The notes under the pieces: generated by a model
What the model saw: the letters and a program-made list of their open reading frames with translations, nothing else
Databases searched by the model: none
What the model was told of the DNA's origin: nothing
Assembly (NCBI RefSeq): GCF_001194135.2
Contig: NC_068991.1
Span: 59,889,114 to 59,922,478 of the forward strand
DNA length: 33,365 bases
From: Octopus bimaculoides
Lineage: Eukaryota
Direction of reading: 5' to 3'
Translations under genes and position numbers: made by a program
Shown here: one piece after another, positions 20,639 through 32,490 of the stretch
How the letters are laid out: each line of letters begins with the position of its first letter
How positions within the stretch are numbered: the stretch's first letter is position 1

Positions 20639-22389
20639 TCTTGGGCTCCACATTTTATCTGCTCAGCTTGCTCAAATGGCTTACATGACCAGTTCAATAA
20701 GAAGTCCAGGCCTTTTGCCATTCCAATGATATGGAGAGAGCCGAGAGACCATTTTAATGACTGTTATTTTTGCAAAGTAAATGTTACAGGATTTTCTATG
20801 AAGAAGAAAAACAAAATTGTGTATCCCGATTTGTATTCTACGATGAGACCTGTGCCTCACAATGGAAGTCTGCCAATTCCAGTTCCACCAGATGATGGTA
20901 TTGAAACATCAGATGATGATACTGACTGTCACAATAGTGTTGCTGAGGAAGATTATGTGACTGATGATGATAGCTTTGAACCTCAGAAATTTTCCCAAGC
21001 TGAACTGAATGACCTTGTCAGAGACCTGTCCCTCTCAAAAGATAAAGCAGAACTGTTGACATCAAGACTGAAAGAGAAATCTCTGCTAGAGTACGGTGTT
21101 CGTATAACTTATTTTCAGCAGAGAAATGTGGTTCTACAAACGTGTTTCTCTGTTGAAGGCTCACTTTGTTTTTGTGGTAACATCACAGGACTTTTTGAAT
21201 GTTTATCACAAAATCATGATCCTGCAGAGTGGTGTTTGTTTATTGACTCTTCAAAACGAATTTTAAAAGCTGTACTTCTCCATAATGGTAATTTGAAGCC
21301 CTCCATTCCTATTGCACACTCCATTCATCTTCATGAATCATATGAGAATATGGAACTTTTACTTCATGCCATTGCCTTGAAAGATACTCATGGAAAATAT
21401 GTGAAAATTTAAAAGTCATTGGAATGTTAATGGGAATGCAGTCAGGTTTCACAAAATACTGTTGTTTCTTGTGTCTGTGGGACAGTCGGGCAACTGACTG
21501 ACAGTATTCGGAATCAAATTGGCAGACAAGAACATCATACCAGCCAGGACTGTCTGGCGTCAAGAATACACCTCTTGTAGGTCCATGTAATGTCCTATCG
21601 CCGCCTTTGGACATAAAACTTGGACTGATGAAAAAGTTCGTAAAGACACTAGGGAAGAAAAATACCAGAGGGTTTGAGTATATTGTAGAAGAGTTTCCAA
21701 AAATCACACAGGTGAAGTTGAAAGAAGGTATCTTTGTTGTACCCCAAATCAGAGATGTACTTAAAGATGTCAACTTCATGACAACACTGGATGAACTGGA
21801 ACTACCTGCCTGGAATGTTTTCAACTGGATCTGTGAGAAATTCTTGGGTCTGAAATGTTACTCAGCAATGGGTTGTCGCATGTTACTGATAGTTCACTTC
21901 TTGGACTACCATCTGGATTTCTTTGCAGATAACCTTGGAGCAGTGTCTGATGAACAAAGATTTCTCCAGGAGATTAGTGTTATGGAGAAACGGTACCAAG
22001 GCTTCTGGAATGCTGGCTGACTACTGCTGGATATGTTACTGTGATAACCAGTTCAGAAACATTGTGATTTGGATTTCCTGCAGTGTTCCTAATTCTGTTG
22101 TTCAAATTTTGTTTTGTCTGACCCATTTTTTGTGTATTCACTCTTCGCAAAATGAGAGTGATGATTTTTAACTCAATAAACTAATTTACTTTCTAAAAAT
22201 ATGTCCTTGTTTATTATGTTAAAAATTTCATGTATACAAATATTTAAATATTTGCATGTCTCTACTGAAAAAACTGATACGTGCTGCATACAAATGGAGT
22301 GAAATTTTGAAATCAGCATGAAAAATTAGTCTAAAAATGTTGGTTTGCATTCATAATGAGTATAATACATTTAATTTTGTTGACCAGTG
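20639..22389 (+). mobile_element. Chapaev3-type (CMC-Chapaev) DNA transposon relic, 5' end missing
   Basis: Transposase homology starts at 20639; 3' terminus ttttgttgaccagtg followed by taa (GTG end and TWA-type 3-bp TSD); no matching cactgg 5' TIR seen upstream. Confidence 0.8.
20642..22050 (+). pseudogene. Chapaev3-type transposase pseudogene
   Basis: Motifs WAPHFICSAC, PMIWREPRDHFNDCYFC, ELNDLVRDL, LFIDSS (D 21245), KAVLLHNGN, then after a frameshift near 21380 WKICENLKV, GFTKYCCFLCLWDSR, stop at 21499, PPLDIKLGLMK, KEGIFV, GAVSDEQRF, MEKRYQG, MLADYCW. Confidence 0.92.
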
Positions 22390-23702
22390 TAATCATGTTC
22401 AGTGTTAATGAAAGCAAAAGCAGGGATTTGGGTGTGCTAGTTGAACACTCTTTACAAACAAACCTAGTTCTGATTGCTCTCTCATCTTTTGTATCTGATT
22501 ATATTACTGGTACTTCTGTTGGTCTCATAGTATTGAAAAATATTGCTTATCTTTACAAGATTTACTTTAGTATTTCAGCTCTTCGTTTCCTATAAAGCAC
22601 AGACCATTGACAACTTTTCTCCAGTGTTCTTGATTCTGGGCAGGGCCACTCTCTCAATATGAGTGGGGGACATCCTCATATGTTTTCCCGAGGAAAGGCC
22701 TTCCCCTTCCAGGTTTTGTTGGTTTTGAATTGTAATCAATGCTTCTGTAACTTTGGCTTTTGTCTTTTTGCTTGGTAAGGTTGTTGGCAACCACAAGCAA
22801 CCACATCACAAAGATTGGACCTTGTGGTGGTTATCAAGATTTAATCATGCCATTTGAAGCTACTGATTATATAGTCTAGCATGAAAGAATAGAAGCGAGC
22901 TCCTTGTTCAATTTATAACATAGTTTCATTTCCCAGTGGTAATCATTTCACTTCACTTGTGTTGCTGATGCTCTTAAGAAAGCACTCCCTGTTATAATTA
23001 TGCATCCAAGTGCCAACTATTGTGTTGAATTTCAGTTTGGTGCATTTAGTTGTTTCAAGCCAAATTGTTCTGATAAATTTCATTCATTGACCTTATTCTA
23101 GTCATTAAGTTTTGTTTGTTTTTCTGGGGATCAGGATTTATAATATGTATTCTTATCACCAAATAGAGATTGTGTACGTTTGGTGGGTAAGATTTTGGTG
23201 TTTCTTTAACTGTTTGAGCAATTTACTTAGAAGCTCTATTGTCAGGTTAACATGCGTTAATCATCCGTTATAGAGACCAATTTAGGGAAAGAAAGTAAAT
23301 GAAATCTAACAGCAACTTTGTCTTAATGGTTGGTTAGTTTGTGAATTATAGCAAGAATAGTTCCTTTGATCAGCCACCATGATAATAGATGCAAGATAGT
23401 TTCAAAGTAGAGATAATCAACTAGTGATATGTAAATTGATTAATGAAGAAACGGCTCTCTGATAAGTGAAATAGAGTTCGTAAGAGACTAATGGGGAAAT
23501 AGCAGGTTCCTGAAAATGTTTTATAACAAATATACTGTGTTATTTATATATTTATAATACATTGCATTTTCAGTTTATAAATGTTAAGTAAGTATTGATT
23601 TCCAGTAAAGGGACAAGACTACGAAGACACACATTAAGATTTATTTCAGTTCTTAAAATGTTATTGTTATCATTATTATTATTTAATAAAATGTTTTCTT
23701 TT

Positions 23703-23883
23703 ATTAGTTTCAGTTATTGGACTGTAGCCTTGCTGGGATGCTGCATTCCAGGATTTTAGCTCTCAAACCCTTAAATACTTATTTTATTGATCTCTGTTTA
23801 TTAAATAGTTGAATTCTGCTGTTGAGCTACATCACTTCAGGGGGTCACCTCTCACTTTAGCAAATATAAACCACAAGGATCTC

Positions 23884-23954
<71 letters not shown>

Positions 23955-23998
23955 TGCACACACACACACACACACACNNNNNNNNNNCACGCACGCAT

Positions 23999-24038
<40 letters not shown>

Positions 24039-24445
24039 GGCGGCGAGCTGGCAGAGACGTTAGTACGCCGGGTGAAATGCTTAGCGGTATTTCGTCTGCC
24101 GCTACGTTCTGAGTTCAAATTCCGCCGAGGTCAACTTTGCCTTTCATCCTTTCGGGGTCGATTAAATAAATACCAGTTATAAACTGGGGTCGATATAATC
24201 GACTTAATCCGTTTGTCTGTCCTTGTTTGTCCCCTCTGTGTGTAGCCCCTTGTGGGTAGTAAAGAAATAACACACACACACACACGCATGATGGGATTCC
24301 ATATAGTTTTCATTTACCAAATTTCTCTCAGGAAATGTCATTGGGCAACTTGAGTTTATAGTAGACTCTCCACTAAGGTGCCTCACAGTGGCATTGAACC
24401 AGAAACGACTTAGTTGCTTTGTAAACTTCTTAATCTCACAACCAT
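23703..24445 (-). mobile_element. Old family-1 SINE split by microsatellite expansion and a nested SINE
   Basis: Tail part ~23703-23800, (CT)/(CA)/(CACG) block 23883-24036 with a 10-N gap at 23978-87, head part 24285-24445. Confidence 0.55.
24037..24269 (+). mobile_element. SINE family 2, young full-length copy, alternative tail
   Basis: aaggcggcgagctggcagagacgttag, gagttcaaattcc (24111), CpG-rich; tail tagccccttgtgggtagtaaagaaata; (CA)n on both sides. Confidence 0.93.
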
Positions 24446-24460
24446 GCATAATTAATTAAT

Positions 24461-24668
24461 CCTCTCTACTATAGGCACAAGTTTGGTGGGGTGGGGGTAA
24501 GTCGATTACATCAACCACAGTGCATAACTAGTATGTATTTAACTGACCCTGAAAGGATACAAAGCAAAGTCGACTGAGGCGGAATTTGAACTCAGCAATG
24601 TGGAGACGGACAAAATACTGCTAAGCATTTTGCCTGATATGGTAACGGTTCTGCCAGCTCACTGCCTT
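24461..24668 (-). mobile_element. SINE family 2 with target-site duplication
   Basis: Flanks aaccatgcataattaattaat (24440-60) and aaccatgcataataattaat (24669-88). Confidence 0.9.
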
Positions 24669-25407
24669 AACCATGCATAATAATTAATAAAGGCTGGATA
24701 AATTCAGTATCTAATAAATAGCCTACCTTTACATTGCCAATATAACTTCTGCTTTTATTAATTAAACACTGAATATAATAATTTAAATAATGATAGTTTC
24801 TACCAACTGTATACTGCAAATCATCCATTTGAAATAACTTAATTCTTCTTATCTTCTCCATCATCATATTTCATTGCTCTTCATTCTAATTCATTTTTAG
24901 AGTCTTTAACTGATACTTCAGTTGTTCTGGGAATTATATCTCCATCTTCCTTCTGTTGAAATCTCTTCTGTTTCTGCTCTTTACATTTACATTTGTCATT
25001 TCATCTCTCGATACTATGGATTTCTGTAGAAAAGCTTTTAATTCCCATGCTGATAGCTTATAGCTATATACGAATTTGACTTTTATCTCAGCTGGTAAGC
25101 TATGCATTGCTGTTAGCTTAGGGGAACAAAAATATTTATATTAATAATGATGATAATGCATTAGGTATTAGTCATGATGATGATGATGATGATAATAATA
25201 ATAATGATAATAATTCTGCTATCAAGTCTATTCATATGTGTGTGTGTCAGGAAAAGGGGTTACATTTGGGTAAGTATATACATATATAAAAACAAGAGGT
25301 GGGTCAATGTTATCTAATGGTACATTGAAGCATTAAAAATCAAGAAATATAAACAACCATACATTACACAAACAATATTAATATGTATCACTTCTATCTT
25401 TTAATCT

Positions 25408-25615
25408 TTTACTTGTTTCAGTCGTTGAACCATGGCCATGCTGGGGCACTGCCTTAAAGAATTTTAGTCAAATGACTCGATCCCAGTACTTATTTTTAAG
25501 TCTCATTCTTATTCTGTTAGTCTCTTTTGCTGAACTGCTAAGTTATGAGGACATACACAAAACCAGCACTGATTGTCATGCAGTAGTGGATAACAAGCAC
25601 AAAGATACATACAGG
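25408..25615 (-). mobile_element. SINE family 1, 3' half
   Basis: tcttttacttgtttcagtc..ctgctaagttatgaggacata..gattgtcatgc. Confidence 0.82.
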
Positions 25616-25917
25616 TGTGTGGTACACTCATTCAGTATATTTTCATGGCTCAGCCTCAGTTTCAAAGATCAGGCGTACACTTTCATATGCTTAACCCTTA
25701 TCAGTAGAGCAAATGGCATGCCATAAATCCTCTAGGACTTTCGTAAACAGTTCCTTTAGGGCAAATGGGAATCCCCTCTTTCTTCAACTAATTCAACCCA
25801 TGTCTCATACCTGTTTGGTTCATAATACTAGCAAAGTAGCTGTTGTTCATATCTTGTTAGTACTTTTGTTAATGTTACACACATTTACATTGATGTTGCT
25901 GTTACTATTGTTGTTAC

Positions 25918-26095
25918 AAGATGAGGAGCTGGCAGAGTCGTTAGCATGCTGCACCAAATGCTTAACAACATTTCGTCTGTCTCACATTTTAAGTTCAGAT
26001 TTCCTTCAAGTTGATTTTGATGAAATAAGTATCAATTATGCACTAGTATTGATGTTATCGACTGGCCCCGCCCCCATATTTCAGTATTTCAGGCC
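25918..26095 (+). mobile_element. SINE family 2
   Basis: gaggagctggcagagtcgttagc, aagttcagattt, atttcaggcc. Confidence 0.8.
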
Positions 26096-26684
26096 CTGTT
26101 GTTACTAGATCTCTTGCATACGTGATACAAATTAGTGTTTACAGGTGTCACATTTTGACTTTTTGTGATTATTTGTTTATTTCATTGTCATTTTATTTTC
26201 TGTTTATTTTGTTTTGAATTCTGTTTACCTTTCACTACCTTCATTTTTGTACATTCAAAAATAATTTCATCATTTTTTTTTTCTGAAGAGATATATGCAG
26301 TGCTATTTCTTTTCTTGTTAATACTTTTTTATAGTAGAGGAAACTATATTCAAGAATTACTGGGAAAGACCTCCCAAGTGTTCCAAAGCATCCGCTCTTT
26401 TCAAAATAACCTAAACAAGAAAAGTTTTCCCTCAGTAATACCTGAATTCAAATTCCATTGGAGCCATCTCAAAAGACTTTCATTCATGCTAAAACACAAA
26501 TATAGTAATAATGATGGTCGATTCTGTTGATTTCAACATGAATGTTTGAAGGGAAGGATTAAAAAAAAAGAATCTACATCTGTTTGTGATGGATGCATGA
26601 GTCCAAGTATGGGTTTTGCTATGAAGTCACAGTGGGGACAATGATGATTTTGATTCTGGCTGGGATTGGACAAATTTGTTTGGA

Positions 26685-26910
26685 TGCCAAATCAGATTGG
26701 AGCCTGGTGTAGCCATCTGGTTTCACCAGTCCTCAGTCAAATCGTCCAACCCATGCTAGCATGGAAAGCGGACGTTAAACGACGACGACGACGGTGCTTT
26801 TAATGTGCCATTGGCACAGGAGCCAGTCGGGGGTGGGGGGAACTAGCATCGACCATGTTCGGATGGTGCTTTTTATATTCCACCAGCACTGAAGCCAGTC
26901 AGGGGGCACT
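26685..26910. mobile_element. RTE 3' end pieces in opposite orientations
   Basis: Plus-strand tail 26685-26792 ending in (GAC)4, joined directly to minus-orientation UTR ggtgcttttaatgtgcc.. 26793-26910. Confidence 0.7.
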
Positions 26911-27418
26911 AATGAAAACAACAATGAGATTGAAGATGAAAAAAATGGGTAATGGGCATACATGCCATATTTCAGGAGTTCTTCCTTCATCAATGACACA
27001 TCCAATCCATTAACCATCCACAAACCCATTGCTTAAACAGTCACTAAATATAGCAGTATAACATTATTGAGTATACCAATTTTACATTTTAAATACATTC
27101 CTGAGAGCTGGTACGTAAATAGTAATGACTTGTAGGGACACCGTGTTTCGTTCTGCAGCCATAATATACTACAAAGTATATTAAATGCTTTTTAAGGCAC
27201 TTGTTAAGGTTATCTCTATAGTATTGACTTATAAAACATTTACTATACTTTGTAGAATATTATAGTTGCACTCTTCCACAATAACATGGAGACCAAATCA
27301 TTTGTCATTCTGTGCTCTCTGCACCAGTATGTGTCCTCATTCACATTTCTTGTGTGATACCCAAACTCATCAAATAGTCTGAGCCTCTTTCTCACTTCCA
27401 AACTTAGATTTGATTTAA

Positions 27419-27625
27419 CCTTTCTGATAAAATACGCTACCATTTTTTTCAGTTAATTCTGAAAATAATAAAAGAATTATTAAAATAACCCTGACATTAT
27501 TCAGCTGGGGCTTGGAACATAAATTAACATAAAATTTTAATGAAAATTTTAATTCAGATTACTTTAAAATTGAAGTTTGTATTATAGGACCAAGGGTAAT
27601 TTCAGGATGGTTGGTATCTAAAGGG
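27419..27625. mobile_element. piggyBac-like MITE, family B
   Basis: TTAA at 27415-18 and 27626-29; ends cctttctgata / tatctaaaggg; body differs from family A. Confidence 0.6.
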
Positions 27626-28494
27626 TTAAGTCATTTTGATCAGATATCTTCAACGATCAGACCTCTGACCTGTACTGGATCATGGAGCATTTCGTACTGG
27701 GCTGCATGGAAAGAATAAATTTCAAAATTTTACTTCTATTTTATTGACTATTGCAGTCTGCAGAGTGTTTTTGCATTATATATGTATTATATATTATGCA
27801 CTTTATTGTCTTTTGTTATATACACAATTTCATGGTCCATGGAAAAACCGACTTGCATGAAGATGGTTTGTAGTGCAAAAGAGGTTTGGCAAGCTGGTAT
27901 ATATAGTACAGTGAGTATGCCGAAATCAAGACTACCATGGAATGAAACAAATCTTAGTGATAGATCCAGTTGTGTTATCTTTCAAATTAGGTATAACAGC
28001 TGCAAAGCAATTTATTTAAATCAGATGCATGTGGCATACAAGAGAACAACTGAGCACATTGTCAAGGGCATTATTAACCATGATGTAACATTCAGTAATC
28101 TTCTAAAGTTTCTTTAATTATCTCCTACAACATATGTATAATACTATAGAAGATACTTATTTATAAATAAAGTAATGATAATATACTTAAGAATATAATG
28201 CAGTCAACCAATATAATTAAAAATAAATTATGTATTTAGAACACAGCAATCTATCTTATATTTAATGTATACAGTTGCAAGAATGCTAGCATTAGATGTA
28301 GAATAACACTTCACTGCTTTGATATTAATTGAAGAATCTCATTTAAATTCTGTTAATGAAATGTACTACACAATGGTGTATCTAGAGATGGTGGATTTTC
28401 AACCTCTTGGTCATGAGTTCCAGCCTTAATATAATAGACATTGTTATGCTATGCAAGGACAGAAGTATAACAATGTTAACATCATATACATATA

Positions 28495-28867
28495 CTCTTT
28501 TACTCTTTTCAATCTTTCAACTGTGGCCATGCTGGAGCACTGTCTTGCAAGTTTTTAGTTAAACAAATTGACTACAGGACTTATTTTTTTAAGCCCAGTA
28601 CTTATTCTATCAGTCTCTTTTGCCAAACTGCTAAATTACATAAACACAGCAATACTGGTTGTCAAGCGGTGATGAGGGGGGGGGGAGCAAACACACACAC
28701 ACACATATGATGAGGTTTTAGTTTCTTTCTGCTAAATCCACTTACAAGGCTTCGGTTGGTCCAAGGCTATAGTAGATGATACTTGCCCAAGGTGCCATGC
28801 AGTGGGACTGAACCTGGAACCATGTGGTTGGGTAGCAAACTTCTTACCACACAGCCATGCCTGCACC
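28495..28867 (-). mobile_element. SINE family 1, full length
   Basis: Tail through catgcctgcacc head. Confidence 0.9.
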
Positions 28868-28932
28868 ATATCTGGATTTGTTAAATTGATATAAAAAAAT
28901 ATAAAAATAAGTAATAATAAAATTTAAAGTTT

Positions 28933-29280
28933 AGGTGCAGGCATGACTGTGATTAAGAAGCTTGCTTTGCAACCATGCAGTTTCAGTTCTACTGCACAGC
29001 ACCTTAGCCAAGTGTCTTCTACTAAAGCCATGGAATAAACAATGCTTTGTGAGTGAATTTGGTAGACAGAAACTGTGTGGAAGCCCGCTTCTATGTGTGT
29101 ATGTGTTCCCATCTACTACTTGACAACTCGTGTTGGTTGATCACCAAAAGAGATCAACAGAATAAGTGCTAAATTGCTGCTAGACTCTAAAAATAAATAC
29201 TGAGGTTGATTTGTTTAACTAAATCCTTCCATGCAGTGCTCCAGCATGGCTGCAGTCCAATGACTAAAAGAATAAAAGAA
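28933..29280 (+). mobile_element. SINE family 1, full length
   Basis: aggtgcaggcatgactgtg head to aatgactaaaagaataaaaga tail. Confidence 0.88.
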
Positions 29281-29571
29281 AAATTAAAAGATAAAGATTT
29301 ACAACATCAGTAGAAAACTATATCTTTTGGGAGCAGAGTGCAGTTGATTAAATTAATGAAAGTAGTAGAGTATTGATATTTTTCTTTATTCTGGAGGAAA
29401 GACAAGCAATGATCAACCTTGGATGAATAAAAGGCAGCAATGAACCCTGATGTGATTTGAGTTCAGAGCATTAAGGAACTGCTATGATAAGAGCTATTTG
29501 ACTATCAAACAGTTATGTCCCTTATACATGCCTCTTTCAGTACTATGTTTGCTAAAGCAGCTAACAATATT

Positions 29572-29950
29572 TTGCTTACTTTGGCTGGGCTTCTACATGG
29601 TCCCCTCAAAGACAGTCATTTTACCAAGCATCTCAATTCTTTATTGCCACCTTCAGTTTGTGAATAGAATCCAATCTTGTGTCTTCCATCAACATCTCCC
29701 ATACTTGCTGATGCAATGTTCTGGGTTCCAGAGCACAAGTTCTGATGCTTCTTCATTATGGTGCCACAAGCAATGACCTGATATGTAGAGATGTTCATGT
29801 TGGTCACTTTTGGAAGGCTTCCACAGTTACATTCATTGGTTGTGTGCTGCTGCCATTTTACATCCAGGGTCATTCATCACAGTAGCATCTTTGTATAGCA
29901 GGCACCCAAACTCTTCTTTGCTTGTTTGGTAAATGTTCATGTCTTGCAGT
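29572..29950 (-). mobile_element. RTE-X-clade LINE 3' fragment, decayed
   Basis: Minus translation with frameshifts: T*TFTKQAKKSLGACYTKML..LDVKWQQHTTNE..GSLPKV..GHCLWHHNEEASELVLWNPEH (29778-29716)..MEDTRL..QPK* followed by a gtaag-type tail. Confidence 0.75.
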
Positions 29951-30420
29951 AGTAAATTAATTAAGGATAATATCTGGAACTTTCTTTATCACAGCAAAGT
30001 CATAACTAAATATGGCAAGGCATTTATGTGAAAATTGTACAGTTTCTACCACTTAACTGTCTTTTTATTTATATTAAATTACTTCCCCATAGATTGGTAA
30101 ATGGAGTAGATTTCTAATAGTTAATTGCTTAAGAATATATATGTTGATATGTCTTTAATCACCTTTAATAACTATTGATTCTAGATCCACTTTCTTTCTG
30201 ACTTCTACACATTCAGTTTAGTCTGACATAAAAACTGAATCATGAGGAATTTAAAGAGAGTATTCTGATGTCTTTACTGTACCAAATTTCTTGAAAGAAG
30301 CTACAAGAGAAATATTCATATTCATTTATTTCTCTTGCAAAGTGTTATTGAACAGACAAGTATGTGGTTTAAGAAATAATATTTTCATATTAAATGTGGG
30401 CAGTAGCAGAGCTAAGAATA

Positions 30421-30585
30421 GGTGCCGGCATGGCCGTGAGGTTAAGAAGTTCACTTATCGACCATGTGGGTTTTAGTGTGAGTTCTTCTGTGCAGCAAGT
30501 GTCTTCAAGTGTCTTCTATTATAGCCCTAGGCTAACCAAAGCCTTAGGAGTGAGTTTGGTTGACAGAAACCGAGAAAAAGCCTAT
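30421..30585 (+). mobile_element. SINE family 1 head
   Basis: ggtgccggcatggccgtgaggttaagaag..aagtgtcttctattatagccctagg..aaagcc. Confidence 0.75.
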
Positions 30586-30628
30586 ATGGAGCTCAATATA
30601 GCCCTGCAGCTTACCAGTTCCCTGTCAG

Positions 30629-30680
30629 CCCATCCTACCAATGCCACCATGGAAAGCAGATGTGAAATGATGATGATAAT
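30629..30680 (+). mobile_element. RTE-type tail fragment
   Basis: ccatcctaccaatgccaccatggaaagcagatgtgaaatgatgatgat. Confidence 0.55.
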
Positions 30681-31012
30681 GTGTGTGTGTGTTTGTTTGT
30701 TTACAATTGCACTCTTCAAAAGTTGGGAACTACATGTCACTTCTCTTGCTAACAAATTGTTCATTTGTTACTCGCTTTCAGAGTGTTCCTTTGTAAAACA
30801 GGTAAGGGTTAGTGAGAGGAAGGACATTTAGCTGTAAAAACAGTGCCTCAGTAAGATATTCATTAAACCCATACTAGCAATCCCATGGTCATTTGACACT
30901 GAAGGGATCTTTACTCTGTCCTGAGGTGACATCTCTTAGGGATATGGTGTGTTAAAAACACAATAAATATCAGAGAGAGATGAAAATACATCCCAGAAGT
31001 AGTAAGGAAGTG

Positions 31013-31021
31013 CTCTCTCTT

Positions 31022-31082
<61 letters not shown>

Positions 31083-31240
31083 NNNNNNNNNNNNNNNNNN
31101 NNNNNNNNNNNNNNNNNNNNNNNNNNNNNNNNNNNNNNNNNNNNNNNNNNNNNNNNNNNNNNNNNNNTCTCTCTCTCTCTCTCTCTCTCCCTCTCTCTGT
31201 CTCTCTCTGTCTCTCTCTGTCTCTCTCTGTCTCTCTCTCT
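31013..31240. repeat. (CT)n microsatellite with assembly gap 31083-31167
   Basis: Direct reading. Confidence 0.97.
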
Positions 31241-31424
31241 CAAGGCTATTATGTTTTTAACACAGCAAGTTTCTCTTGTTGTTTGCGTATTGAACTCATT
31301 TGTTTTCGTATTTCATGTTGTTTACTCTTGGTGATGTGTTGTACCCATATATGTATATGTGTATATATATATTATTTATATTATTAGTTGATTGAACGTC
31401 ACGCATCCACTTCCAAGTAAGTTT

Positions 31425-31600
31425 ATACACACACACACATACACACATGATGAGCTGCTTTCAGTTTCCATCTGCCAAATCTGCTCACAAGGTTTTGTCA
31501 GCCTGTGGTTATAGCAGAAGACACTTGTCCATGATTCAACATAGCAGGACTGAACACTGAACGATGTAGTTGGGAAGCAAACTTCTTACCACATAACTTT
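31425..31600 (-). mobile_element. SINE family 1 head and linker
   Basis: (CA)n, ttcagtttccatctgccaaat, gaagacacttg, ggactgaac, aaacttcttaccac. Confidence 0.78.
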
Positions 31601-31957
31601 GCTCCAAAAATTAACTATATCCATCATAACCAAAACTGATTTTCAGTGCCTTTAGCTTCATTGAGTAGTAGTCCCTGGATGTAGTTATTTAATTTTCTAT
31701 ATCAACTGCACTGAGGCACTAGAAGAACTGAACAGATTTTAACCTTTTTATAGCCATATTCTAGTAAGTTTGACTGTTTCAATTAAAGAAAGCTTTAGAA
31801 GTTTTATAGTAAAATATCTGTAACTTTACTTATGTTATGTAAAGTTTTGAATATTGTCATTCATTGTTGCTTTGCTCAGTTCAGATGTGATCTTGCAGTA
31901 CTGCAGTGAAAGTTATTCCAGCCATGAAAAATCCATTTTATTTTCGTTCACTATATC

Positions 31958-32241
31958 TGGCAGAATCGTTAGCACGCTGGGCAAAATGCTTTGTGGTATT
32001 TTGTCTGCTCCTACATTCTGAGTTCAAATTCCGCTGAGGACAACTTTACCTTTCTTCAGGGTCGATTAAATAAGTACCAGTTACACACTGGGGTCAATGT
32101 AATTGACTTAGTCCCTTTGTCTGTCCTTGTTTGTTCCCTCTATGTTTAACCGCTATGTTCCCTCAACGTTTAGCAATAAAGAATTAAATATATATCTATG
32201 TTCCCTCTATGTTTCGCAATAAAGAATTAAATATATATCTA
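31958..32241 (+). mobile_element. SINE family 2 with duplicated tail
   Basis: tggcagaatcgttagcacg, gagttcaaattcc; 43-bp tail unit duplicated at 32153-32238. Confidence 0.88.
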
Positions 32242-32295
32242 GGTCTCCATTATCCAGTACGTCCTTGTTTTTCAAAGGTCAAATGTCAGTATTAT

Positions 32296-32490
32296 CTCAG
32301 TTCAGCCCTGATTCAGCAGTACTGTGTTGAAAGCTGCTCCGGCCTTGACAAATCCGTCTTATTTTCATTCACTATATCTTGATCTACATTATCTAATGTG
32401 TCCTTTCATCTTTTCCTAAGATTAAAGAATATAATTTGAGGGAGATGTTGCTATTTCTAGCTGATCAAGTGTCAGCATAGAGATTTCTTT
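32296..32490 (+). repeat. Unclassified interspersed repeat, family 4
   Basis: ctcagttcagccctgattcagcag..tttgagggagatgttgctatttctagc; its first 84 nt are also present at 31875-31958. Confidence 0.6.

Noticed and set aside
21309-21824. 171-aa minus-strand ORF
   Set aside because: Antisense shadow of the Chapaev3 transposase
25713-26108. 131-aa ORF with poly-L
   Set aside because: Runs through (TGT)-like simple sequence and a family-2 SINE
26165-26530. 121-aa ORF and strong acceptor at ~26330
   Set aside because: N-terminal half is T-rich low complexity; three short frames are equally plausible after the AG; no support for any
27764-28117. 111-aa ORF and possible 147-nt exon 27764-27910 with a GTGAGT donor
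   Set aside because: The hydrophobic part comes from TA-rich simple sequence and no family is recognised; kept only as a site to check in RNA-seq
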